Under the pieces are notes generated by a model that worked only from the letters and a program-made list of their open reading frames with translations, ran no database searches and was not told where the DNA came from. A stretch of DNA of 64,000 nt from an uncultured Gammaproteobacteria bacterium. GTDB taxonomy: Bacteria > Patescibacteriota > Patescibacteriia > UBA11705. The position numbers were made by a program, and so were the translations under genes. The stretch spans positions 77,240 through 141,239 of the forward strand of contig CAZQEI010000002.1 in NCBI GenBank assembly GCA_964592195.1, given 5' to 3'. Below are positions 9,572 through 17,530 of the stretch, in pieces (the stretch's first letter is position 1; every line of letters begins with the position of its first letter).

Positions 9572-9657
9572 CCCTCCATAGCCTTGTGCGAAGGAGGGTT
9601 GTCCTCCGTAGCTTTTTTAACCTCCGAAGTTTTAACGAAGGAGGTAGCGAAGGAGGA
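9572..9657. repeat. CCTCC...GGAGG hairpin cluster (family GTCCTCCG-N-CGAAGGAGGAC)
   Basis: ccctccatagccttgtgcgaaggaggg and gtcctccg...gaaggaggat; related copies at 14633..14660 and 16169..16230. Confidence 0.7.
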
Positions 9658-12600
9658 TTATTTTAATTCTTCAAGCTGTCGAGTAAGTACTTGTTGCTTT
9701 TCATTCGCATCAGCCAGTTTTTGTTTTTCTTGAGTAATAATATTTTCCGGTGCGTTTTTCACAAATTCTTCGTTGTTCAACTTTTTATTCAAACTGTTTT
9801 GATAGTTAACCACATTCTCAAGTTCATCCGCCAAACGAACTTTTTCTTGTTCCACATCTACTAATTCAGCCAAAGGAATAAACGCTTCTACCCCAGAAAC
9901 AACTAAGGATGCCGATTGAGCCGGTTTTTCTTCTGCCCAAATTAAATTTTCAACTCGCGCCAAGAATTGAATCATGGTTTGATTATCGCGAATTAAGTTA
10001 CCATCGTTTTTTACCACTAAACTAACCTTTGTAATGGGATCAACATGATAAGCTGAACGCACATTGCGAATACCGGTAACCACTGCTTGCAAACGCGCGA
10101 AGTTAACTAAAGCATCTTCATTTACAAACTTCTTTTCTGCTTTTGGCCATTCAGTCATCATTAAACTTTCTTTTTCATCGAGCAATGCCCAAATTGCCTC
10201 AGTAACAAATGGTAAGAATGGGTGCCACAATGTCACTAAAGTTTTCAGCACATAAAACAAAATTGCTTCTTTATCTTTTTCTACTTTCGCAATTTCCAAA
10301 TACCAATCAGCCAGATCACTCCATGTAAAATTGCGCAAAGTTTCCGCCGCGGCGGAGAAATCATATTGGGCGAAATTATTTTCCACTTGCTTTTTTACTT
10401 CTTCAACACGAGCCAATATCCATTGGTCTGCCAAAGTTTTTGGTTCAACTTTACCTAACTGCTTATCTTCCAAACTAGTAATTATATACCGAGAGATATT
10501 CCACAGTTTGTTAACGAAGTTTCTGGTGCCTTCAATTTTTTCCAGGTAGAAACGAGCATCATTACCAGGAGTATTTCCAACTAGCAAAGACAAACGCAAA
10601 GCATCAGTACCATATTTTTCAATCATTTCAATCGGATCAATACCATTACCCAATGATTTGGAAAATTTTCTACCTTTATCATCACGCAAAATGCCATGAA
10701 TATACACATCTTTAAATGGAATTTCATCTAAAGCATAAGTGGTCATCAAAACCATGCGCGCTAACCAGAAAAATAAAAGTTCATGGCCCATTTGCATCCA
10801 AGTAGTCGGATGATAAGTTTTTAAATCTTTTGTTTTATTCGGCCAGCCTAAAGTTGAGAATGTCCATAAACCTGAACTAAACCAAGTATCAAGAGTATCA
10901 GCATCTTGATAAACATCCGTTGAACCGCAGTGACAAGTCACTGGAGTAGTTTTAACGGTCACGGATTGACCAGGATCAGGGTAAGTAAAAGCGTATATTT
11001 GTTCATTGGTTAAATTTTCTTGGAAACCTTGCACCACGCGCAAAACATCACCATGGGAGAAAACTAAAATTGTTTCACCGGGATGGTTTTTCCCCATTTC
11101 GCGCATGAAATCATAAACTCGATTTCTCAAAGATTCAAACGATTCAATCCCGCGAGGTGAATCCTTTTCCCACATAGAAAAACTGGTTCTGAAATTCACA
11201 AAATCATCATTATCTTTACCTTCAAATTCACCGACACCCACTTCTTTCAAGCGTTCATCAGTATTGACTGGCAAATCAAATCTCTCAGAAAACATTTTCG
11301 CTGATTCTTGCGTTCGTTGTAATGGTGAAGCATAAATGGCGGCAAACTTCGTATCTTTCAATCTAATCATCGCATCTTCAATATTTTGACGACCCTGGGT
11401 AGTTAATGGATTATTATGATTGTTTGGGTCTGCATTTAAAATATTAGTCGTATTACCCACACACTCACCATGACGATGAAAAATAAAAGTGGTTGGTGGT
11501 TGGGCCACGCAAATCTTCTCATTACACTTCTTACAATACCAAACAGGAATACGATGTCCCCACCACACTTGGCGAGAGATACACCAATCATGCAACTTAT
11601 CAATCCAATTCAAATAATTCTTTTCAAAACGTTCTGGAGTAATCTTAATTTTTTCCTTGCCATTCAATCCGGTAGTCACCGCTTCGCGCATTAAATCTTT
11701 TAAAGTTTTATCTTTACCGGGAATTTCTTTATTAACATTCACAAACCATTGCGTCATGGGCAAAGATTCCACAACATCACCAAAACGATCAGAAGTTCCC
11801 ACAGTTTGAGTTATTTCCTCTTCAGAGATTAACAAACCTTGTGCTTGTAATTGTTCCACAACTTTTTCTCTAGCTTGTTCCACGGTTAATCCGGCAAACT
11901 CGCCGAAGGAAGATTCAATTTTCCCTGCCGTATTAATTACTGGAATCAATTCAATGGGATCACCATTGGCTTTTTGTTTTTCATACATTTCAAAATCAAC
12001 CGAACTATGCGCTGGAGTCACACCTAACGCACCGGTACCAAACGCGGGATCAACTCCTTCGTCAGCAATGACTTTCAATTTCAATTTAATATCACCGACA
12101 AAATTTACTTCAAAGGTTTTACCAATATAGTCTTTGTAACGCTCGTCGTTTGGGTTAACTGCCACAGCAGTATCCCCCAACTTGGTTTCTGGTCTAGTTG
12201 TGGCAATGGCAAATGGGAAATCATGACTATATTTAAAAGTCCAAAATTTGGCTTTTCTTTCTAATGATTCCAATTCATCATCACTGCAGGTTGATTGACC
12301 AACTACGGACCAATTCACCACTCGATAACCGCGGTAAATTAAACCATCAGAATACATTCTCTCAAAAATAGTACTAACAGCTAGACTTCTTTCATCGTCA
12401 AAAGTATAGGCTAAACGGCTCCAATCGCAACTGGTACCCATTCTTTTAATTTGAGAAATAATCGTGCTTTTGCTCTTTTCCGCGTAGTCACGAACAACAT
12501 TTAACAATTTTTGTCGGCCTAATTCTTCGCGAGGATGAGCCATACCTTCAGCAATTAAATTCTTTTCAACTCGAGCTTGAGTCGCGACCGCCGCATGATC

Positions 12601-12870
12601 AGTACCGGGTAATAACAAAACTTGTTTACCATTCATCCTTTGGTAACGAGCCATGACATCCATTAAACTATTCTCCAAAGCATGTCCCAAATGCAAAATA
12701 CCGGTCACGTTTGGTGGTGGCATCATGATGGAGAATGGTTCGGCAAACAATTTTTTATGGGTATCAGGGTTGAAATAATCTGATTCTAACCATTTTTTAT
12801 AAATATCGCCTTCGTAATCCGCAGGATTATAGGCAGAAGGTATGTTTTTCATATGGTAATATTTTATCAT
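9658..12870 (-). CDS. valS: valine--tRNA ligase with an inserted histidine-phosphatase-like domain
   Basis: 1070 aa; PPPNVTGILHLGHAL and KFSKSLGN class I motifs, CP1 editing region and C-terminal coiled coil. About 185 extra residues (aa ~460-645) sit between WYCKKCNEKIC and CHCGSTDVYQDADTLDTWFSSGLW and contain RHGE, SPLQRTQESA and SHG motifs. Confidence 0.9.
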   Translation of the reverse strand: MIKYYHMKNIPSAYNPADYEGDIYKKWLESDYFNPDTHKKLFAEPFSIMMPPPNVTGILHLGHALENSLMDVMARYQRMNGKQVLLLPGTDHAAVATQARVEKNLIAEGMAHPREELGRQKLLNVVRDYAEKSKSTIISQIKRMGTSCDWSRLAYTFDDERSLAVSTIFERMYSDGLIYRGYRVVNWSVVGQSTCSDDELESLERKAKFWTFKYSHDFPFAIATTRPETKLGDTAVAVNPNDERYKDYIGKTFEVNFVGDIKLKLKVIADEGVDPAFGTGALGVTPAHSSVDFEMYEKQKANGDPIELIPVINTAGKIESSFGEFAGLTVEQAREKVVEQLQAQGLLISEEEITQTVGTSDRFGDVVESLPMTQWFVNVNKEIPGKDKTLKDLMREAVTTGLNGKEKIKITPERFEKNYLNWIDKLHDWCISRQVWWGHRIPVWYCKKCNEKICVAQPPTTFIFHRHGECVGNTTNILNADPNNHNNPLTTQGRQNIEDAMIRLKDTKFAAIYASPLQRTQESAKMFSERFDLPVNTDERLKEVGVGEFEGKDNDDFVNFRTSFSMWEKDSPRGIESFESLRNRVYDFMREMGKNHPGETILVFSHGDVLRVVQGFQENLTNEQIYAFTYPDPGQSVTVKTTPVTCHCGSTDVYQDADTLDTWFSSGLWTFSTLGWPNKTKDLKTYHPTTWMQMGHELLFFWLARMVLMTTYALDEIPFKDVYIHGILRDDKGRKFSKSLGNGIDPIEMIEKYGTDALRLSLLVGNTPGNDARFYLEKIEGTRNFVNKLWNISRYIITSLEDKQLGKVEPKTLADQWILARVEEVKKQVENNFAQYDFSAAAETLRNFTWSDLADWYLEIAKVEKDKEAILFYVLKTLVTLWHPFLPFVTEAIWALLDEKESLMMTEWPKAEKKFVNEDALVNFARLQAVVTGIRNVRSAYHVDPITKVSLVVKNDGNLIRDNQTMIQFLARVENLIWAEEKPAQSASLVVSGVEAFIPLAELVDVEQEKVRLADELENVVNYQNSLNKKLNNEEFVKNAPENIITQEKQKLADANEKQQVLTRQLEELK

Positions 12871-13018
12871 AATACTATGTCAAATACAACATTTTATGCC
12901 TATTTCAAACAAAAATTGACAACAATTCTTGATTATTGCCTGGTGGATAAATTATTGACAGTTCTCTATAATTTCGGTAACATTACTAATTACCTAGTAA
13001 ATAAAGCAACTCAAACAC

Positions 13019-14152
13019 ATGGCTCTCTCTGACTCACAGCAAATCTACGAAGCGCTCAAGAATTCTCAAAGCGCTCTCATCACTTTCAAAAAAGAACACG
13101 ACGGCGACGCGGTCAGTGCGGGTTTAGCTCTTTCTTTACTATTGAAAAAATTGGATAAAAGTCATGACTTGGTTTGTCATGATTTTGTTATGCCCAAACA
13201 ATTCAACTTTCTTCCTGGAGCAGATCAAGTTAAGCCTCATATTCCAAACTTAAGAAAATTCATTATCAGTCTAAATACAGGTAAAGTTCAGGCTCCAAAA
13301 GTGGACTTCAACCAACTGGAAAACGAACTGCAAATTATCATCGAACCGGAAAAAGGCACTTTCCTACCTCATGACATTTCCATGAGCAATACCAAGTATC
13401 GCCATGATTTGATTATCACTTTATCAACTCCGGACTTGGACGCTTTACACACGGTTTACGATGATCACACTGATTTCTTTTTTAACACTCCAATTTTGAA
13501 TATTGATCATAGTCCGGAAAATGAAAACTATGGACATTACAATTTAGTTAACGTAACAGCTACCTCTGTTTCTGAGTTAGTTTATGATTTAATTGAAAAA
13601 ATTGATTTATCTTTAATCGATGAAAAAATCGCCACCTGTTTATTAACTGGTATGATTGTTAAAACCAAAAGTTTCAAAACCCAACGTGTTACTCCCAAAA
13701 GCTTAAGCATTGCCAGTCAATTAATGGCCATTGGAGCTGACCGTGAATTAATCATTCGCAACTTATATCAAACTCGGTCAGTTAACACCTTGAAACTTTG
13801 GGGACGAACATTACAAAAAATTCAAACCAACCCGGCCAATCAGTTGGCATGGTCTTTCATTACTCTCAATGATTTTCAAGATACTCAAACTCAACCTGAT
13901 GATATTACCGACATTATCGATGAAATGATAACGAACATTCCTTCGATTGAATTGACCTGTTTATTTTATGAAAAATCCGATGGACAGCATTGTTTAATAA
14001 AAAGCGAGGGTAAGCATAACTTACCAGACCTTTTAACTGAATATAAACCAGTCGGCAAACACGACCAAGTCCATATTCATTTAAAGGAAAGTGCACCTAA
14101 CGATTTATTGCAACATTTAGGCCAAATTTTGACCCCGGTCTTCACAAAATAA
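13019..14152 (+). CDS. DHH-family phosphoesterase (NrnA-like)
   Basis: 377 aa; KEHDGDAVSAG (DHH motifs I-II), NIDHS (degenerate DHH), GG-rich DHHA1-like C-terminus. Confidence 0.55.
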   Translation: MALSDSQQIYEALKNSQSALITFKKEHDGDAVSAGLALSLLLKKLDKSHDLVCHDFVMPKQFNFLPGADQVKPHIPNLRKFIISLNTGKVQAPKVDFNQLENELQIIIEPEKGTFLPHDISMSNTKYRHDLIITLSTPDLDALHTVYDDHTDFFFNTPILNIDHSPENENYGHYNLVNVTATSVSELVYDLIEKIDLSLIDEKIATCLLTGMIVKTKSFKTQRVTPKSLSIASQLMAIGADRELIIRNLYQTRSVNTLKLWGRTLQKIQTNPANQLAWSFITLNDFQDTQTQPDDITDIIDEMITNIPSIELTCLFYEKSDGQHCLIKSEGKHNLPDLLTEYKPVGKHDQVHIHLKESAPNDLLQHLGQILTPVFTK

Positions 14153-14217
14153 TAATATTCTGCTATTATATTCACAGGCTATTCAATGCTCTTTCAGTCA
14201 AAACTTTATAACGGGTT

Positions 14218-14249
14218 TACCATGAACCCGAACGCAGTGAGTGGTTCAT
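14218..14249 (+). repeat. CCATGAACC...GGTTCATGG hairpin immediately 5' of tRNA-Ile
   Basis: ccatgaacc-cgaacgcagtgagt-ggttcatgg; the same stem occurs inside the degenerate tRNA-Leu copy (5718..5743). Confidence 0.7.
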
Positions 14250-14326
14250 GGGCCTGTAGCTCAGTTGGTAAGAGCACCACTCTTATAAAGTGGGGGTCCT
14301 GGGTTCGATCCCCAGCAGGCCCACCA
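14250..14326 (+). tRNA. tRNA-Ile (anticodon UAU)
   Basis: gggcctgtagctcagttggtaagagcaccactcttataaagtgggggtcctgggttcgatccccagcaggcccacca; Ile-type acceptor stem gggcctg/caggccc; anticodon loop cuUAUaa; CCA encoded. Confidence 0.75.
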
Positions 14327-14375
14327 CTAAACATAAAATTCGTAGATTTGTAGCAAATTCGTAATTCGTAGTCTT

Positions 14376-14500
14376 GGGCAACTAGCTCAGTTTCCGCCAA
14401 AGGCGGATCAGCCTATGGCTGAGGTTAGAGCGACTCGTTGACGTCGAGTAGGTCAGAGGTTCTGCGCCAAAGGCGCATCAGCCTCCGGCTGAGACTCCTA
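14376..14500 (+). pseudogene. degenerate tRNA-Val copy interrupted by hairpin insertions
   Basis: gggcaactagctcag-[ttccgccaaaggcggatcagcctatggctga]-ggttagagcgactcgttgacgtcgagtaggtca-[...tgcgccaaaggcgcatcagcctccggctgagactcc]; no 3' acceptor strand. Confidence 0.6.
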
Positions 14501-14535
14501 CGTTTTATACATTAATAATTTTATACACAAATTTA

Positions 14536-14612
14536 GGGCAATTAGCTCAGTTGGTTAGAGCGACTCGTTGACGTCGAGTAGGTCAAAAGTTCGAATCTTT
14601 TATTGCCCACCA
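14536..14612 (+). tRNA. tRNA-Val (anticodon GAC)
   Basis: gggcaattagctcagttggttagagcgactcgttgacgtcgagtaggtcaaaagttcgaatcttttattgcccacca; anticodon stem actcg/cgagt, loop uuGACgu. Confidence 0.85.
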
Positions 14613-14660
14613 TTTTTCGCGGAGCGAAAAATGTCCTCCGTAACTTTAGTGAAGGAGGAC
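14613..14660. repeat. twin hairpins atttttcgc-gga-gcgaaaaat and gtcctccg-N14-gaaggaggac after tRNA-Val
   Basis: Perfect inverted repeats; duplicated after the second tRNA-Val locus (16153..16230). Confidence 0.75.
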
Positions 14661-14738
14661 AAAATAAAATTCATGATTTTGTCGTGATTTTTTGTTATCA
14701 AAAAACTCGGCTGATTAACCGAGTATTGTTATTTTATT

Positions 14739-15815
14739 CTAATTCGCCAAATTCTTCGTAATTTCATCGATGATTTCCGTGGCACGCTTCTGGCCAATGC
14801 CAGGAATATCGATCAGATCAAGAACAGACATACCCTTGAGCTCAGCCACGATTTGAAGGCCAATAGTCTTCAACGGATGCAGATGATGACCGGTCAGCTT
14901 GGTGAATTCCGGCAAACGATCGATCGGCAACGAAATCAAACGAGGATCAAACACCACCACTTTCTCATCCCCCACCGCATCCTCTTCACGCACAACCACG
15001 GAAGGTGACTTAAGTCGACGTTCACGCATTGCTTCCCACTCTTCAAGCTTCATAGCTCTCACTTCATGAGTATTCTTATCCGTAATCATGAATTTACCTG
15101 CCTTGATGAGCTCCACCATGGCGACAAAATCAACCTGAAGCAAATTCAAATCCTTCAAATATTGCAAACTAACCAATTCAAGCAACTGCTTAAGAGGAAT
15201 TTCATAAGTAACACCGTCTTGAAGGATAACCATAATTTTACCATAACGAGTAAAACGGTAACGCTTATAAGGATTGGGATCTGCTATCAGTCCGGAAGGA
15301 TGAGCCATCACGAATTCACGCAAAAATTCACGTGCTTCATCGAGCGGCTCTTTGAGCACAGATAGAGCGTCTTGAGCTCGCTGAACCACACGGGCCTTGG
15401 CCACAAAGTTGCGCAGAGAATCTTCACCAATGTCCTTCTCAGCATCACTCAAGGCTTCCAACTGAATATCACGAATTTTCACATTCAATTTGGCCTGCTC
15501 AGACAACAGCTCTTGAAGTCTCAGCTTCCGTTCCAAATCAAGAAATTCACGATTCTTCTTGGCATGAGTCTCAACCAATTTCTTATGCTGTTCAGTCAAC
15601 TTGGCAATCTTCTTCTCAGCAGATTCGCGCTTTTTATCAGGCATACCATCAACCAAGGCATTCTTCGCTTCTTCCAATTCAGAATATTTAGCCTCAATAG
15701 CATCAACCAACTCTTTCAATTTTCCCGCTAATTCATCAACCTTTTGCTTCAACGATTGAGCCATTAGTCCCTCCACTGGTTTTGACCGGTTTATTCCCGG
15801 TCTGTTAATGAACAT
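14739..15815 (-). CDS. coiled-coil protein with C-terminal helix-hairpin-helix motif
   Basis: 358 aa; long charged heptad region; C-terminal IPGIGQKRATEIIDEI (HhH). Local GC about 45%; sits between the two tRNA-Val loci. Confidence 0.45.
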   Translation of the reverse strand: MFINRPGINRSKPVEGLMAQSLKQKVDELAGKLKELVDAIEAKYSELEEAKNALVDGMPDKKRESAEKKIAKLTEQHKKLVETHAKKNREFLDLERKLRLQELLSEQAKLNVKIRDIQLEALSDAEKDIGEDSLRNFVAKARVVQRAQDALSVLKEPLDEAREFLREFVMAHPSGLIADPNPYKRYRFTRYGKIMVILQDGVTYEIPLKQLLELVSLQYLKDLNLLQVDFVAMVELIKAGKFMITDKNTHEVRAMKLEEWEAMRERRLKSPSVVVREEDAVGDEKVVVFDPRLISLPIDRLPEFTKLTGHHLHPLKTIGLQIVAELKGMSVLDLIDIPGIGQKRATEIIDEITKNLAN

Positions 15816-15914
15816 GAATTCATATATTACATCAATATCCCTCTTGTGTCAACTCTTGCATAAACTACATATTTTGATATAATTACAGCGTTGTTTTGTA
15901 ATATTTGCAATTTC

Positions 15915-15991
15915 GGGCAACTAGCTCAGTTGGTTAGAGCGAACGGTTCACGTCCGTTAGGTCAAAGGTTCGAATCCTTTGTTGCCCACCA
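15915..15991 (+). tRNA. tRNA-Val (anticodon CAC)
   Basis: gggcaactagctcagttggttagagcgaacggttcacgtccgttaggtcaaaggttcgaatcctttgttgcccacca; anticodon stem aacgg/ccgtt, loop uuCACgu. Confidence 0.85.
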
Positions 15992-16025
15992 TTTTAAATT
16001 CACTCCAATGTGATTTTTTGTTTAT

Positions 16026-16152
16026 ACAACTAGCTCAGCCCCAAAGGGGCCCCTTCGGGGTTGGTTAGAGCGAACGGTTCACGTCCGTTAGGTCAAAGGT
16101 TCTGCGCCAAAGGCGCATCCGCCTCCGGCGGAGACTCCTTTAGCGCCCACCA
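16026..16152 (+). pseudogene. degenerate tRNA-Val copy with D-loop and T-loop hairpin insertions
   Basis: acaactagctcag-[ccccaaaggggccccttcgggg]-ttggttagagcgaacggttcacgtccgttaggtcaaaggttc-[tgcgccaaaggcgcatccgcctccggcggagactcc]-tttagcgcccacca; the acceptor strands are not complementary. Confidence 0.6.
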
Positions 16153-16230
16153 TTTTTCGCGGAGCGAAAAATGTCCTCCGACTTGTCAACCGAAGCTTTA
16201 GCGAAGATTGAAGCTTCAGCGAAGGAGGAC
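16153..16230. repeat. twin hairpin element (second copy of 14613..14660, longer loop)
   Basis: atttttcgcggagcgaaaaat then gtcctccg...gaagctttagcgaagattgaagcttc...gaaggaggac. Confidence 0.75.
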
Positions 16231-16386
16231 AAACTTATATAACACGATCTTTCGTGTTTTTGTTTTACTTCTTACATTTTTCAATCCCGCATCCTGATCC
16301 CAATACCCATATACCCATTTACCACTCCTGTTTACTTCCCTCCTCATCCTAGGTATAATTAAACATATATTAATCAAAAATATTAT

Positions 16387-17313
16387 ATGCAAGAAGATCC
16401 AAACAAAGTTTCAACGCCAGAAACTATCAAAACTCCAGAACAAGCTCATAATAATAAACAAAAAGATCTACCCGAAAATCATCCTGGTCCAAACACCAGA
16501 GAAGAATTTTATCAAAAAGTAAATAAACTTGAACGCGAATTTCAAACAGCAATTGCCGATAAAAAAATATCACCAGAACTAAAAAAAGAACTTGAATCAA
16601 AACTAAAAGAAGAAATTGCAATGGAAAGAAGATTATATGAAAAAAATCTTACTTTACCAGAAAGAATTAAGGGCAGCTATACTGACGGCATTGACCGAAT
16701 ATTTCATCAATTAAAAACTGACCCAGGTGCCATCGAACGTGTGAAATTTGCTTTATCTCTGATAATAGCTGACACCACCATTGCCCAACACATGGGAGAC
16801 AATACCCAAGATAAGTTATTTGCTGACCTTGATGCTTGCGCTTTATTAAAAGACAAAAACGAATTTACTCAAGCCATGTCAAAAGCACTTGAGCCGCTAA
16901 TCAATTGCAATTTGGCAATTCCCAGACAGTTTGAAGATATCCAGGCAAGGGCTTCAATGACACATTTTATACCCCTCAATGATCGATTATCGTATGGAGT
17001 TGGTGGGCCATATGCTCATTTTCACCTAGCTCCATCATATACCATTCCGAAAGAAGAACTCAGAGAAATGTTTTTAGATGGCATGAAAAAACTAGCAACT
17101 GTTACAAAAGATAATCCCGATATTAAAGTGATAACTGGATCATCCTGGATTGTTGCTACCAAATCTTATAGCGCAATGCTAAAATCCATTGGTTTTGAAA
17201 TTGAAGATGTCTCTGATGAAGAAAAACAAATGTATTTTCCTGACGAAACGAGAGAAGTAAAAAAAGCTGTCATGTCACGCGAAAAATTCATTGAAACCTT
17301 TGATAAAAAATAA
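16387..17313 (+). CDS. hypothetical protein
   Basis: 308 aa; first gene of a tightly packed three-gene + strand operon. Confidence 0.45.
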   Translation: MQEDPNKVSTPETIKTPEQAHNNKQKDLPENHPGPNTREEFYQKVNKLEREFQTAIADKKISPELKKELESKLKEEIAMERRLYEKNLTLPERIKGSYTDGIDRIFHQLKTDPGAIERVKFALSLIIADTTIAQHMGDNTQDKLFADLDACALLKDKNEFTQAMSKALEPLINCNLAIPRQFEDIQARASMTHFIPLNDRLSYGVGGPYAHFHLAPSYTIPKEELREMFLDGMKKLATVTKDNPDIKVITGSSWIVATKSYSAMLKSIGFEIEDVSDEEKQMYFPDETREVKKAVMSREKFIETFDKK

Positions 17314-17314
17314 T

Positions 17315-17530
17315 ATGTGTCTCACCATCCCCGCCCAAATCATCAGCATCAATCAATTCCAAGCTCAAGTCCGCCATGGTCGAGATAATTTTGAATTTAC
17401 TGTTAACATTGCCGCCTTGCCAAATGCCAAAGTTAATGACTGGGTGCTAACCGCTGCTGACTTGGCCGTACAAATTGTTTCACAATCTGAAGCCGAAGAA
17501 ATAATCAAACTTCATCAACATGAAAAATAG
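17315..17530 (+). CDS. HypC/HybG/HupF-family small protein
   Basis: ATG is 1 nt after the upstream stop; starts MCLTIP (HypC N-terminal Cys2 signature MC[LI][AG][IV]P); NDWVLTAADLAVQI resembles HypC GQWVLVHVGFAM; about 71 aa. Confidence 0.5.
   Translation: MCLTIPAQIISINQFQAQVRHGRDNFEFTVNIAALPNAKVNDWVLTAADLAVQIVSQSEAEEIIKLHQHEK

Noticed and set aside
11470-11694. 74-aa + ORF and other small ORFs (10064..10255, 10331..10549) inside valS
   Set aside because: They are antisense to a conserved aminoacyl-tRNA synthetase. The region is explained by the His-phosphatase-like insertion in frame with valS.
14376-16152. Interpretation of the interrupted tRNA-Val copies as functional intron-containing or split tRNAs
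   Set aside because: Inserts are in the D- and T-loops, not the canonical 37/38 intron site. The 5' and 3' acceptor strands are missing or non-complementary. Intact paralogous tRNA-Val genes lie adjacent.
16427-16621. 64-aa minus-strand ORF antisense to the start of 16387..17313
   Set aside because: Extremely Leu/Phe-rich low-complexity translation of an A/T-rich antisense strand.
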